DNA of 64,000 bases from Chloroflexota bacterium (lineage in GTDB: Bacteria; Chloroflexota; Anaerolineae; UBA2200), in assembly GCA_014360905.1 (NCBI GenBank), contig JACIWW010000012.1, positions 8,011-72,010 of the forward strand. Direction: 5' to 3'. This document shows positions 19,221-29,160 of the stretch, one piece after another (position 1 is the first letter of the stretch; each line of letters opens with the position of its first letter). The notes beneath the pieces were generated by a model. That model did not search any database and was not told the DNA's origin. It saw nothing but the letters and a program-made list of their open reading frames with translations. The position numbers and the translations under genes were made by a program.

Positions 19221-20141
19221 ATGCAAGAACAAAGGACGTGGAATTATAATGAATTCTTCTACCGCAATTATGGCATCTTCACGGAAGAGGAACAGCGCCG
19301 CATCAGGGATGCCAGAGTAGTAGTTGCTGGCTGTGGCGGTATCGGCGGGGTACTTGCGGTCGCTCTGGCACGCATGGGTATCAGCCACTTGGTGCTTATG
19401 GACCCTGAAAGCTACGAACCTTCGAACATGAACCGGCAGATTGCCTGTTTTTGCGAGAACATTGGCAAGAACAAGGCGCGTTGTATCGAAGAGCAGATAC
19501 GTTGCATTAATCCAGAGGCTGATGTTACGGTCTATGAGCGCGCCTTGGTATACGATGAAATCGAAGAGATTGCCAAACTGGGCGATGTCATCGCCCCGGC
19601 GATGGATGAATGGCCACTAAGCTTGATGGCGCTGGAAATCATTCGCAAATCCAAGCCCGCCGTGATGGCTTATCCCGTGGGCGCATTGGGACGCGTCTCC
19701 GTCTTCACTGCGGACAGCCCCACCGTGGCCGAATGCTTGGTGATGCCCTATGGATTTGGCTATCATGAATTGCAGGAGTATACTACGCGCCCGGACGCGC
19801 GGTGGCTTCTCTTGTATTATGTTACAGAAGGTCAGTGGAGGGAGGACTGGTTCGCGCAATGGGTGGAGGGCAAGCTCCCGCATGCCCAGATTTGTCCCAT
19901 TGTCTGGATTACCGGGACATTGGCGGCGCTGGAAATCATCAAACTGGTTAGTGGTAAATGGAAACCTGTTATTTCTCCCTATTATTGGTATATTACGCCG
20001 TCGCGAGCGCGTATCCGAAAGTTCGGGCTGAGGCGCAAATTGGCTTCGCGGCTATCGCGGCACAAGGCGCTGAGGGAACAGATGATCCGCTTGGCGCGCT
20101 CGAAAGCATTTGTACGCTTTTTCACACGTCTGATTGACTAG
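19221..20141 (+). CDS. ThiF/MoeB/HesA-family adenylyltransferase
   Basis: FYRNYGI...EEQRRI...VVVAGCGGIG; DPESYEPSNMNRQ; GKNKA. The MoeB CxxC zinc pairs are absent. Confidence 0.85.
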   Translation: MQEQRTWNYNEFFYRNYGIFTEEEQRRIRDARVVVAGCGGIGGVLAVALARMGISHLVLMDPESYEPSNMNRQIACFCENIGKNKARCIEEQIRCINPEADVTVYERALVYDEIEEIAKLGDVIAPAMDEWPLSLMALEIIRKSKPAVMAYPVGALGRVSVFTADSPTVAECLVMPYGFGYHELQEYTTRPDARWLLLYYVTEGQWREDWFAQWVEGKLPHAQICPIVWITGTLAALEIIKLVSGKWKPVISPYYWYITPSRARIRKFGLRRKLASRLSRHKALREQMIRLARSKAFVRFFTRLID

Positions 20142-20158
20142 ATCGCAAGGAGTGACGG

Positions 20159-20662
20159 ATGAAACGATGGCTCTCCTTCCCCAATCTTCTGGCTCTCGTG
20201 GCAGTGGTTCTCATGGTCATGGGCATTACCCGCCCTTGGTGGAGCCTGACCTTGTTTGGCAATGAAAGCGATATTTATGTTTATCAGATCGTGGGCCCGC
20301 TCCGTGAACTCTTGGGCTACAAACGCAGTCCGCAGATGCTCCTTCTGACCAGGGTATTGATTGGCGCCGTGGTTCTGGTTGCATTGGGCAGTGTATTGCG
20401 CGGCTGGCCTGGACGGATCCTGATTGCCCTCGGAGGCATTGCTATCCTGCTGGGGGTCTCGCGCTTCCTGGGCAGAATTGCTGAGGTCGCGGAGGGGTTC
20501 AATGTGCCCATCCAGGGCCATGGCATTGGTGACTATGGTGGTTTTGCCAAAGTGGAAGTGAGCACTCGGCTGCGCACAGGGCTGTACCTGACAAGAGCGG
20601 GTGGTATAGTAGCCTTGCTAGCCAGCTTGCTGCACAGTATCATGCAACCGCGCCGGAAGTGA
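20159..20662 (+). CDS. Hypothetical integral membrane protein (about 4 TM)
   Basis: AAGGAG RBS; four hydrophobic segments; directly upstream of the dehalogenase gene. Confidence 0.7.
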   Translation: MKRWLSFPNLLALVAVVLMVMGITRPWWSLTLFGNESDIYVYQIVGPLRELLGYKRSPQMLLLTRVLIGAVVLVALGSVLRGWPGRILIALGGIAILLGVSRFLGRIAEVAEGFNVPIQGHGIGDYGGFAKVEVSTRLRTGLYLTRAGGIVALLASLLHSIMQPRRK

Positions 20663-20769
20663 AGATGGGTTTGAGGCTACCAGCCCTGGGCGGAGTGTGG
20701 TCGGCGCAAAGCCAATGGGAGCGCTGTGGTGCAACTCAAAACGACATATCGGAGATAACAGGATAGATT

Positions 20770-22218
20770 ATGCTTCATGAGATCAACCAATTGTTGGCTG
20801 AATGGCGGCAGGGCCGGCTCAGCCGACGTAGCTTTATCCGCTACGCTACGCTTTTGGGCTTGTCTTTGGGAGCAGCCGAAGCACTGGCTGCTTGCGCACC
20901 TTCTCCAACGCCTACAGCGGCCCCTACTCCTGTCCCTACACCTACAGCCACATTCATACCTAGTCAGATCGCCGGTGAAGACGCCGAGGTGCCAACCCCC
21001 GAATGGGTGCCAACACCCCTACCGCCCATGACGCCTACGCCGACCATTACCTGGCCCAAGCCAACTCCCACGCCGGTGATGTGGGAACCAGCCATGTGGG
21101 CTTGCCCTTCTTGTACAGAGCGCTTCTCCACGCAGGAGGAGCTCGTCAAGCACATCCTGGCGAAGCATGCACGCAAGATTCCCGGAGCCCGGCGCGTGGA
21201 CCAACCCACCTATGCCCGTTTCCTGACTGACCAGGTGGCGCGCTTTGACCAGCGCAATACCGTCTTCTCGCGTGTGATGTGGGATAAGGATTACCAGGAA
21301 CAGATTAGCAAAGTAACGTTGCGGCCAAGGCGCGAGACAGTGGAGGAAATGATCAAGGGCAGAGCGCTAGTCGCTGGTGCCATTTATGCGGACGACGTCG
21401 CCGGCAGCCTGGCGCCCAATTACCGCGGCTACAGTGGCCATGTGCACGGATATGGCGGGCTGTATGGGTGGGACGACCCAGTGAGTGCGGAACGCCTACC
21501 CGTGACCGACAAAGCAGAGATGTCGGAGCATATCAAGACCGTGGCACGCTTTTACGGCGCCGACCTGGTGGGGATTTGCGCAATCAACCCGCTATGGGTA
21601 TACTCGCATTACTATGACCGCGAAACCGGCGAATATGGAGAACTGGAAATCCCGTACAAATATGCCATTGTGATGGGGCTGGAGATGGACTTTGCCTGCA
21701 TCAATCAGTCCCCTGGCTTTGAAGCCAGTGCGGCAACGGCGCTGATTTATTCGAAGATGGCGGAAGTAACGGCCAAGCTAGCCAAGTACATCCGTGCTTT
21801 GGGTTACGAAGCGGTGCCCTCTGGAAATGACACGATGCAGAATATTCCACTAGCCATTGATGCCGGCTTGGGCGAAATCGGCCGGCTAGGCTTGCTACTC
21901 ACGCCCGAATTCGGACCACGGCAACGCCTCTGCAAGGTGCTGACAAACTTGCCGCTGGCAACAGACAAACCCATTGACTTTGGCATGCAGCGCTTTTGCG
22001 AGATGTGTCTTTTCTGTGCCCATGCCTGCCCCGCGAAGGCCATCCCCTTTGGCGAGCGTTCGCTGGAGCGGACTTCCATCTCCAACCGGCCAGGCATTTT
22101 GCGCTGGACGGTGAACGTGGGCAACTGCTACCTGTTCTGGCGTGCCAATGGCGGCACAGATTGCTCGAACTGCGTCGCAGCATGCCCATGGGGCCAGCAG
22201 AATCGTCCCTGGCTCTAG
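20770..22218 (+). CDS. rdhA: Reductive dehalogenase family (corrinoid, 2x4Fe-4S) protein; Tat lipoprotein with a C2H2-like motif
   Basis: SRRSFI + LAAC; ARFYGADLVGI, WVYSH, YIRALGYEA, AGLGEIGRLGLLLTPEFGPR, DKPIDFG..FCEMCLFCAHACP, CYLFW....TDCSNCVAACPW. Confidence 0.85.
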   Translation: MLHEINQLLAEWRQGRLSRRSFIRYATLLGLSLGAAEALAACAPSPTPTAAPTPVPTPTATFIPSQIAGEDAEVPTPEWVPTPLPPMTPTPTITWPKPTPTPVMWEPAMWACPSCTERFSTQEELVKHILAKHARKIPGARRVDQPTYARFLTDQVARFDQRNTVFSRVMWDKDYQEQISKVTLRPRRETVEEMIKGRALVAGAIYADDVAGSLAPNYRGYSGHVHGYGGLYGWDDPVSAERLPVTDKAEMSEHIKTVARFYGADLVGICAINPLWVYSHYYDRETGEYGELEIPYKYAIVMGLEMDFACINQSPGFEASAATALIYSKMAEVTAKLAKYIRALGYEAVPSGNDTMQNIPLAIDAGLGEIGRLGLLLTPEFGPRQRLCKVLTNLPLATDKPIDFGMQRFCEMCLFCAHACPAKAIPFGERSLERTSISNRPGILRWTVNVGNCYLFWRANGGTDCSNCVAACPWGQQNRPWL

Positions 22219-22294
22219 TCTGTACCCCAACTGCTTTGCTACAAGTCAATATCTTGAACACGACTATTTACATTGACAAGGAGGAACAAAGAGC

Positions 22295-22774
22295 ATGTTC
22301 GATGTGAACAAAGTGGATGCCATCATCGAGAAGCATGGAGCGGAACAGCGTGCTCTGACTGCTATGCTGCAGGACATCCAGGGCGAGTACAACTATTTGC
22401 CTCGTGAAGCTTTGGAGCATCTAGCGCAGAAGATGAAGTTACCTCTGATACAGGTGTATCAAGTCGCCAGGTTCTACAGAGCTTTCAGCCTGGAGCCGCG
22501 CGGCAAGCATTCCATCACGGTCTGCTTGGGTACTGCCTGCCACGTACGTGGCGGCGTTGCTGTCGCAGACCAGGTGGGGCGCTTGCTCGGCATAAAGCCG
22601 GGGGAAACGACCAAGGACAGGCGCTTCTCCTTTGACACCGTCAATTGCCTGGGCTGCTGCGCCCTGGGCCCCGTGATGGTTGTGGATGGCCAGTACTATG
22701 GCAAGATGGCTGCCAGCAAGGTGGAGCGCGTGCTCGCTAAATACTCGGGAGAGGAGGTTGCTACCAATGCCTAG
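22295..22774 (+). CDS. nuoE: NuoE/HydC-like 2Fe-2S subunit
   Basis: LQDIQGEYNYLP, VCLGTACHVRG, CLGCCALGP. Confidence 0.9.
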   Translation: MFDVNKVDAIIEKHGAEQRALTAMLQDIQGEYNYLPREALEHLAQKMKLPLIQVYQVARFYRAFSLEPRGKHSITVCLGTACHVRGGVAVADQVGRLLGIKPGETTKDRRFSFDTVNCLGCCALGPVMVVDGQYYGKMAASKVERVLAKYSGEEVATNA

Positions 22775-24620
22775 GCTAACATCACGAGCCGAGTTCGAAG
22801 CGTGGCGCCAGTCCATACTTGCGAGCTGGGATCCAAGCAAACCCTGTATTACCGTATGCGGAGGAACAGGCTGTAGCGCCTTGGGTGCGAAAGAAGTCAC
22901 TGCCGCTCTGGGGCGTGAACTGAAAAAGCAAGGCTTACAGGACAAGGTAGATCTCAAGATGACTGGCTGCCATGGCTTCTGTGAACGAGGGCCTTTGGTC
23001 GTCGTCTACCCCCAGCATATCTTTTACCAGAGCGTGACGGCGGATGATGTCCCCGACATCGTCTCTGAGACGCTCATCAAAGGAAACCCCCTCGAGCGCA
23101 AGCTGTACAAAGATCTGGTGACCGGAGAGCCAATCGTCTATGAACCGGATGTCCCTTTCTACCGCGAACAACACCGCATTTTGATGAAGTACAATGGCCT
23201 GATTATCCCTACCAGGATTCAGGACTATATTGCCATCGGTGGGTATCAGGCGTTGTGCAAAGCTCTTTTCGAGATGAGCCCAGAGCAGGTGATTGAGGAA
23301 ATCAAGCGCTCTGGTCTGCGTGGCCGCGGTGGCGCTGGCTTTCCCACGGGTCGCAAGTGGGAAGAATGCCGCCGCGCTGATGGAGATATCAAGTATGTCA
23401 TCTGCAATGCCGACGAGGGCGACCCAGGTGCCTATCAAGACCGTAGCTTGGTCGAAGGCAACCCGCACAGCATCCTGGAGGGCATCATCATCGGCGCGTA
23501 CGCTGTTGGCGCTCACGAAGGCTTTATCTATATCCGTCATGAATACCCTCTGGCGGTCGAACACATCACCCGTGCCGCAGAGCAGGCTGAAGAGTACGGG
23601 CTGCTGGGGAAGAATATCCTTGGCTCAGGTTTCGATTTCACCTTCAAGGTGCATCGCGGGGCAGGCGCCTTCGTTTGTGGCGAGTCCAGTGCTCTGATGC
23701 GCTCCATCGAAGGCTATGCTGGCGAGCCGCGCGCGAAGCGCATTCATGCCACCGAAAAAGGGCTATGGGAGCGCCCCACCGTGCTGAACAACGTCAAGAC
23801 GTGGGCTTCGGTACCCCACATCATCAACAATGGCGCGGATTGGTTCGCTCAAATGGGCACGGAGACGAGCAAAGGGACGATGGTCTTTTCGCTAGTGGGC
23901 AAGGTCAACAACACCGGCCTGGTGGAGGTGCCCATGGGCGCGACTCTGCGCCATCTCGTGTACGACATTGGCGGTGGCATTTCCAGCGGCAAGAGATGTA
24001 AAGCTGTACAGACTGGCGGGCCATCAGGCGGTTGCATCCCGGAGCGCTTGCTCGACCTGCCCGTGGACTATGAAGCGCTGACCGAAGCCGGTTCCATCAT
24101 GGGTTCCGGTGGCCTCATCGTCATGGATGAGGACACTTGCATGGTGGACGTAGCGCGCTACTTCCTGCACTTTACCATGGAGGAATCCTGTGGCAAGTGT
24201 ACTGCCTGCCGCGAAGGAAGCCGACGCATGTACGAAATCCTGGAACGCATCGTGCATGGAAAGGGTCAGGAAGGAGACATTGAACGGTTGCAAGAAATTG
24301 GCACCACGATGATCAATGGCTCACTCTGTGCGTTAGGCCGCATGGCTCCGAACCCGGTTCTGAGCACCATCCGCTATTTCCGGGAGGAATACGAGGCCCA
24401 TATCCGCGACAAGCGCTGCCCAGCGGCGGTCTGCAAGGACCTGATCACCTATTCCATCATCGCCGAGAACTGCACCGGCTGTGGCGTTTGCCTACGCAAT
24501 TGCCCGCAAGGCGCCATCACTGGTGAAAAGAAACAGGTCCATCACATTGACCCAAGCAAGTGCATCCGTTGTGGCATCTGCCGCGAAGTCTGCAGATTCG
24601 ATGCGATCAAGGTAGAATAG
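22767..24620 (+). CDS. nuoF: NuoF/HydB-like FMN/NAD(H)-binding subunit with extra N-terminal 2Fe-2S and C-terminal 2x4Fe-4S
   Basis: CGGTGC...GCHGFCERGP; GLRGRGGAGFPTG; NADEGDPGA; ESCGKCTACREG; HIRDKRCPAAVC; two CxxCxxCxxxC motifs. Confidence 0.92.
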   Translation: MPRLTSRAEFEAWRQSILASWDPSKPCITVCGGTGCSALGAKEVTAALGRELKKQGLQDKVDLKMTGCHGFCERGPLVVVYPQHIFYQSVTADDVPDIVSETLIKGNPLERKLYKDLVTGEPIVYEPDVPFYREQHRILMKYNGLIIPTRIQDYIAIGGYQALCKALFEMSPEQVIEEIKRSGLRGRGGAGFPTGRKWEECRRADGDIKYVICNADEGDPGAYQDRSLVEGNPHSILEGIIIGAYAVGAHEGFIYIRHEYPLAVEHITRAAEQAEEYGLLGKNILGSGFDFTFKVHRGAGAFVCGESSALMRSIEGYAGEPRAKRIHATEKGLWERPTVLNNVKTWASVPHIINNGADWFAQMGTETSKGTMVFSLVGKVNNTGLVEVPMGATLRHLVYDIGGGISSGKRCKAVQTGGPSGGCIPERLLDLPVDYEALTEAGSIMGSGGLIVMDEDTCMVDVARYFLHFTMEESCGKCTACREGSRRMYEILERIVHGKGQEGDIERLQEIGTTMINGSLCALGRMAPNPVLSTIRYFREEYEAHIRDKRCPAAVCKDLITYSIIAENCTGCGVCLRNCPQGAITGEKKQVHHIDPSKCIRCGICREVCRFDAIKVE

Positions 24621-24632
24621 AGGAGACAACAC

Positions 24633-26627
24633 ATGGTAGAACTCACTATTGATGGACAAAAAGTACAGGTTGAAGAAGGAACAACCATACTAGAAGCGGC
24701 GCGCAAGGTGGGCATCGAAATCCCCACCCTTTGCAGCCATCCCGACCTCAAGCCGTATGGCGCTTGCCGCGTTTGTGTCGTTGAGGTCAACCGCAAAGGA
24801 CGCTCTGTGGTCAGCACTTCCTGTGATTACCCGGTGGAAGAGGGGATGGAGGTCAAGACCAATTCCCCCGAAGCTGTCCGTACGCGCAAGATGATGATTG
24901 ACCTCTTGCTCTCGCGCGCTCCCAACGTGCGGCCATTACAGCTTCTGGCGAAGCAGTATGGCATCGAGAAGGCCAGCTTTCCCACGGATCATCCGGAGGA
25001 AGATTGCATCCTCTGTGGGCTCTGTGTGCGTGCGTGCGACGAAGTTGCGCAGAAGAACGTGATTGGCCTTGTGGATCGCAGCCAAAAGCGCCAAGTGAGC
25101 ACGCCTTTTGGTCAGCCCTCTCCAGAATGTGCCACCTGTGGCAAGTGTATCCCCTATTGTCCGACCGGCGCCATTGCCCATGTGCCCGGCATCGTGGTCA
25201 AGGGCGTGGGCGGGCTGTGGGTACGGCTGCGCCAAGTGGTGCAGTTGGGACTGTTGGCGCTGTTCCTGTACCTCGTGTGGAACACCACCAGAAAGGGAGT
25301 AGAGTCGCTGCCAATCAACCTCTTCAGCCGCTTCGATCCACTGATGGCGCTTGTCTCCATGCTGGGCTCCAAGCGCTTGATTGCCAATATGATCCCCGGC
25401 CTGGTCACCATCGTTGTCACGCTTTTGCTCGGCAGGGTCTGGTGCGGTTGGATCTGCCCTCTGGGGACGGTGCTGAACCTGTATGGTCCCAACAAAAACC
25501 CGCGCATCCCTGACAAACTGCGCCAGGTCAAATATTTCCTGCTCTTTGCCTTCATCGCCGCGGCATTGCTGGGCAGCCTGGCTCTGATGTGGTTAGATCC
25601 CATCACAATTTTTGTCCGTCCATTGGCTGGAGCGGTCTTTCCGGCCATTCTGCAGAAGCAAGCACCCGTGGCTGTTCCCAAGGGACTGGCTGCTGCGCGC
25701 GTAGCGGAGATTCCTTTGCGCCCTGTGGTGCATCCATTGCTGGCAGTGCCTTTGGTGATCGTGCTTGCCCTGAACTTGTTCGCCAAGCGTTTCTGGTGTC
25801 GCTACCTTTGCCCTCTGGGCGCGTGGGTAGCCTTCCTGTCCAAATTCTCCTGGATCAAGCGCTACATAGACAAGAAGATCTGTCTGGAATGGGGACGCTG
25901 CATCCCAGTCTGCCCTATGGATACCATTGCCTATGAGGATCTGAGCAGCGATCCTGGAGAATGCCTGATGTGCCTAGACTGCCTTGGCGTCTGTCCGTCT
26001 GGCGCTACCAAGTTTGGCCCGCAGCCGAAGCCTGGTTTCGGCTACAGTTATGATCCCTCACGCCGGCAGGTGCTGGCCTCGCTGGTGGTTGGTTTAGGTG
26101 GAGCAGCACTGCTCAAGACCGATATGCTCAAGAGCAAGAACCCCTACCAACTCCGACCACCGGGAGCGAAGGAGGAAGAGTTCCTGACCAAGTGTATTCG
26201 CTGTGGCCAGTGTGTCAAGGTCTGTCCGAACAATGCTCTGCATCTAGCCTTGTTTGAGGCTGGGCTGGAATCCATCTGGTCGCCGTTGCTTATCCCGCGC
26301 ATCGGCAACTGTGACTATGACTGCAATGCTTGCGGACAAGTCTGCCCGACCCAAGCCATTCCCAAACTGCCACTGGAAGAGAAACGCAAAGCCAAGATTG
26401 GCACAGCCGTGGTGGATTTCGACAAGTGCATCCGCTGTCTGCTCTGTGTTACGAGGTGTCCCGTGGAGGGGGCATTGGTACAGGGCGCAGTCGAAGGCCG
26501 CAAGGGCAAGTACCCCATCGTCAACCCAGACCTATGCATTGGCTGCGGCACTTGCGAGTTCGTCTGCCCGGTAGAAGGCGAATCAGCAATCCGCGTGCAG
26601 GCTGTAGGCACTGTCCCGCGTACCTAA
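24633..26627 (+). CDS. Fusion: NuoG/HydA N-terminal Fe-S domain + NapH/MauN-like membrane domain + NapG/MauM-like polyferredoxin
   Basis: IPTLC...GACRVC...SC and [13 protein letters not shown] region with WCGWICPLG and [15 protein letters not shown] before the last TM; LRPPGA...[13 protein letters not shown] and further 4Fe-4S motifs. Confidence 0.85.
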   Translation: MVELTIDGQKVQVEEGTTILEAARKVGIEIPTLCSHPDLKPYGACRVCVVEVNRKGRSVVSTSCDYPVEEGMEVKTNSPEAVRTRKMMIDLLLSRAPNVRPLQLLAKQYGIEKASFPTDHPEEDCILCGLCVRACDEVAQKNVIGLVDRSQKRQVSTPFGQPSPECATCGKCIPYCPTGAIAHVPGIVVKGVGGLWVRLRQVVQLGLLALFLYLVWNTTRKGVESLPINLFSRFDPLMALVSMLGSKRLIANMIPGLVTIVVTLLLGRVWCGWICPLGTVLNLYGPNKNPRIPDKLRQVKYFLLFAFIAAALLGSLALMWLDPITIFVRPLAGAVFPAILQKQAPVAVPKGLAAARVAEIPLRPVVHPLLAVPLVIVLALNLFAKRFWCRYLCPLGAWVAFLSKFSWIKRYIDKKICLEWGRCIPVCPMDTIAYEDLSSDPGECLMCLDCLGVCPSGATKFGPQPKPGFGYSYDPSRRQVLASLVVGLGGAALLKTDMLKSKNPYQLRPPGAKEEEFLTKCIRCGQCVKVCPNNALHLALFEAGLESIWSPLLIPRIGNCDYDCNACGQVCPTQAIPKLPLEEKRKAKIGTAVVDFDKCIRCLLCVTRCPVEGALVQGAVEGRKGKYPIVNPDLCIGCGTCEFVCPVEGESAIRVQAVGTVPRT

Positions 26628-26633
26628 TACGTA

Positions 26634-26674
26634 CAACCTCCCGCTGGTCAGAAACCTACGGGAGGTTGCTTTCT
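26634..26674 (+). terminator. Intrinsic terminator
   Basis: CAACCTCCCG...CGGGAGGTTG stem followed by CTTTCT. Confidence 0.65.
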
Positions 26675-26675
26675 A

Positions 26676-26704
26676 TTGTCAGCAAAGCAATTTGGTGGTA
26701 TAAT
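26676..26704 (+). promoter_or_regulatory. Sigma70 promoter of tatAB
   Basis: TTGTCA-17 bp-TATAAT with TG extension. Confidence 0.6.
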
Positions 26705-26770
26705 AAAGTAGTAACGCAGCCAACTCATTCCCCATGTCATGAGGTGGTGAGGCTGAGAAAAGGAGGGATG

Positions 26771-26944
26771 ATGCCTCGTCTTGGCGTACCAGAACTGCTG
26801 ATCATACTCGTGATTGTGATCTTAATCTTTGGTGTGGGCAGGCTGACAGAACTCGGCGCTGCCCTGGGTAGAGCAATCCGCGAGTTCCGCGAGGCAACGA
26901 AGCCAGAGGATGATAAGAAGGAAGCAAGAGGGAATAAGCAGTGA
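26771..26944 (+). CDS. tatA: Twin-arginine translocase TatA
   Basis: [47 protein letters not shown]. Confidence 0.9.
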   Translation: MPRLGVPELLIILVIVILIFGVGRLTELGAALGRAIREFREATKPEDDKKEARGNKQ

Positions 26945-27348
26945 ATCTTTTTAATATCGGTCCCATGGAATTGCTCTTCATTCTGATCTTGGCTTTGCTT
27001 ATCTTTGGTCCACGCCGTTTGCCACAGATAGCAAGGGACATTGGCAGGGCCATCGCGGAGTTCAGGAAGGCTTCCGAGGAACTGACTACGGAGCTGCGCA
27101 AGGAAATAGAGAGCACCGAGGCCGCGCTGGAAGAAGCCCAGAAAGAAGTCGCGGAATCTGCAAAGGCGGCTTTAGAGGGAACGACTCCGACGAAAGAGAC
27201 GCCTGCTCCACCACAACAGGGCAGGGAGGCAGCAGAGACTACCGTACCTTCCCTAGAGGAGTCCGCAGCAGAAACAAGCCTACCGGAAGAGTCCCCCGCA
27301 TCGTCGGAGCAGGGTGAGGACAAATCACCCGATGAATTGCTCGGCTGA
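26941..27348 (+). CDS. tatB: Twin-arginine translocase TatB (TatA/B family)
   Basis: [29 protein letters not shown]; acidic tail. Confidence 0.85.
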   Translation: MNLFNIGPMELLFILILALLIFGPRRLPQIARDIGRAIAEFRKASEELTTELRKEIESTEAALEEAQKEVAESAKAALEGTTPTKETPAPPQQGREAAETTVPSLEESAAETSLPEESPASSEQGEDKSPDELLG

Positions 27349-27401
27349 AGAACGAGGCTTCCACTATTCGCAGGGAGCGCCTTAGAACGAATGCGCCATA
27401 G

Positions 27402-28304
27402 GTGAAAACAGCCATGGAAGAATGGTTCGCGTTGGTGCAGAGCGCTCTTTCTGCTCTGCCCCGTCCGAGCGACACGGCAGAAATGCTTCACAACGCGGGA
27501 CTGCTGCCCGCCGAGTGGGACATGCTGGTAAGCTCTTACTTGTGCGAGCCCCCACCTTCTGTGGATCTATTGGCAGAATGGTTGCCCTATACTGCACCGC
27601 AATTATGTAAGGCGCGTCTGACTGCTTTGCTAGAAAAGGGCTTCCTGCAGGCGTTGAACGAGCAGGAATGTCTCCTGACCGACAGAGCAGTAGAGTTAAT
27701 CGAAACGTGGGTTGAGCGAAAACGGGCACAACTCGCTGCCCAGGCTCCTCTCCCTTGGCGAGACCTGCGTCAACTGGCGCATCTACTGTCGCGCATCGTG
27801 CAGGCAGCCCTTGCTGCGCCTCCTCCACCGCATAAAATTCACTTGCTGGGCAATCAGCGCTTGGCGCCCTCTGCCGATGCAGCACCGATGATGCACATTG
27901 ACCAATCCTTGACGGATTTGCTCTGGTTTCGCGACGATGCTCATATTGCTGCTTGGCGTGAGCATGGCTTCGATGGCCCCTCCATCGAAGTGCTAACCCT
28001 TGTGTGGCGTGGCGAGGCAACAGATCTGGATGGGCTGAGTGCTATGCTCAGCGAGCAGCGTGGCTATTCTCGGCAGGACTATGCCCGTGTTGTGGCGCGC
28101 TTGCAGGCGCGTGACTTTGTGCATGTCTCCGCAGCAGAGTTGAGCGTAACTCCCGCCGGTCGTGCCGTGCGCGAGGAAATCGAAAGCACTACCGATCGTT
28201 ATTTCATGTTCCCCTGGACTGCCTTGTTGCCGATAGAGGTACGACAACTGCGCGATCTACTGCAGTGCTTCGTGCATGCGAGCAGCGCGCCCTTTACGCC
28301 ATGA
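27402..28304 (+). CDS. Hypothetical protein with MarR-like winged-helix segments (SCO6745-like)
   Basis: RDDAHIAAW...RGYS...LQARDFV...TPAGRAVREEIESTTDR pattern. Confidence 0.55.
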   Translation: MKTAMEEWFALVQSALSALPRPSDTAEMLHNAGLLPAEWDMLVSSYLCEPPPSVDLLAEWLPYTAPQLCKARLTALLEKGFLQALNEQECLLTDRAVELIETWVERKRAQLAAQAPLPWRDLRQLAHLLSRIVQAALAAPPPPHKIHLLGNQRLAPSADAAPMMHIDQSLTDLLWFRDDAHIAAWREHGFDGPSIEVLTLVWRGEATDLDGLSAMLSEQRGYSRQDYARVVARLQARDFVHVSAAELSVTPAGRAVREEIESTTDRYFMFPWTALLPIEVRQLRDLLQCFVHASSAPFTP

Positions 28305-28355
28305 AGCGTTTGCTATGAACAGATTGGTCAAATCATTTGACGGAGGACGATCATC

Positions 28356-29129
28356 ATGCCCCAATTCCCTTGGCTCGATCCCAATCCCTTCTATTTCCCC
28401 GGTGGCTCAGTGGGTTGCCTGCTCATCCACGGCTTCACCGGTTCGCCGCCCGAGATGCGTCCCATGGGCGAGTACCTGGCCCAACAGGGCCTGACCGTCT
28501 CTGGCCCGCTCCTGGCTGGGCATGGCACGACCCACGAGGACCTAGCCCGCACCACCTGGGAGGACTGGTATGCTTCGGTCGAGGCGGATTATGACCATTT
28601 GCAACAGCATTGTCAGCAAGTGTTCGTAGCTGGGTTTTCCTTGGGTTCGCTCCTGGCCATGCATCTGGCTGTGCAACACAAACTGAGCGGTCTCATCCTG
28701 CTTGCCCCGGCGCTGCAGGTGCGGGACTGGCGGCTGCAATTCGTGCCACTCCTGCGCTTTTTCATCAAAGAAATGCCCAAGGACAACGACCCCAAACATT
28801 CGGATTTGACCGACCCTGAAGCCTACAAGCGCTTCTGGTCGTACGACATTATTCCCATCCCCGCCAGTTACCAGTTATACCGTCTGCAGAAAGTGGTGCG
28901 CGCGGAACTGGGGCACATCCGTGTTCCTACGCTGGTCATCTACTCCACCAGGGATATGTCCATCTCTTCACAGAGCGGACCGCTGACGTACCAGCGCATT
29001 GGCTCGGAGGATAAGGAACTGCTCGTGCTGCACAACTCCGGGCACGGCCTGGTCGTGGACAGCGAACGCCAGTTCGTCTTCCAGAAAGTGTACGAGTGGA
29101 TCACGGCACGCCAGCGCATCAGCGCATAG
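28356..29129 (+). CDS. Carboxylesterase (YvaK/Est30-like alpha/beta hydrolase)
   Basis: LLIHGFTGSP, GHGT, GFSLG nucleophile elbow, NSGH. Confidence 0.9.
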   Translation: MPQFPWLDPNPFYFPGGSVGCLLIHGFTGSPPEMRPMGEYLAQQGLTVSGPLLAGHGTTHEDLARTTWEDWYASVEADYDHLQQHCQQVFVAGFSLGSLLAMHLAVQHKLSGLILLAPALQVRDWRLQFVPLLRFFIKEMPKDNDPKHSDLTDPEAYKRFWSYDIIPIPASYQLYRLQKVVRAELGHIRVPTLVIYSTRDMSISSQSGPLTYQRIGSEDKELLVLHNSGHGLVVDSERQFVFQKVYEWITARQRISA

Positions 29130-29160
29130 GGCAGCTTTTCTAGTCACTTTCTTCTGCTGG

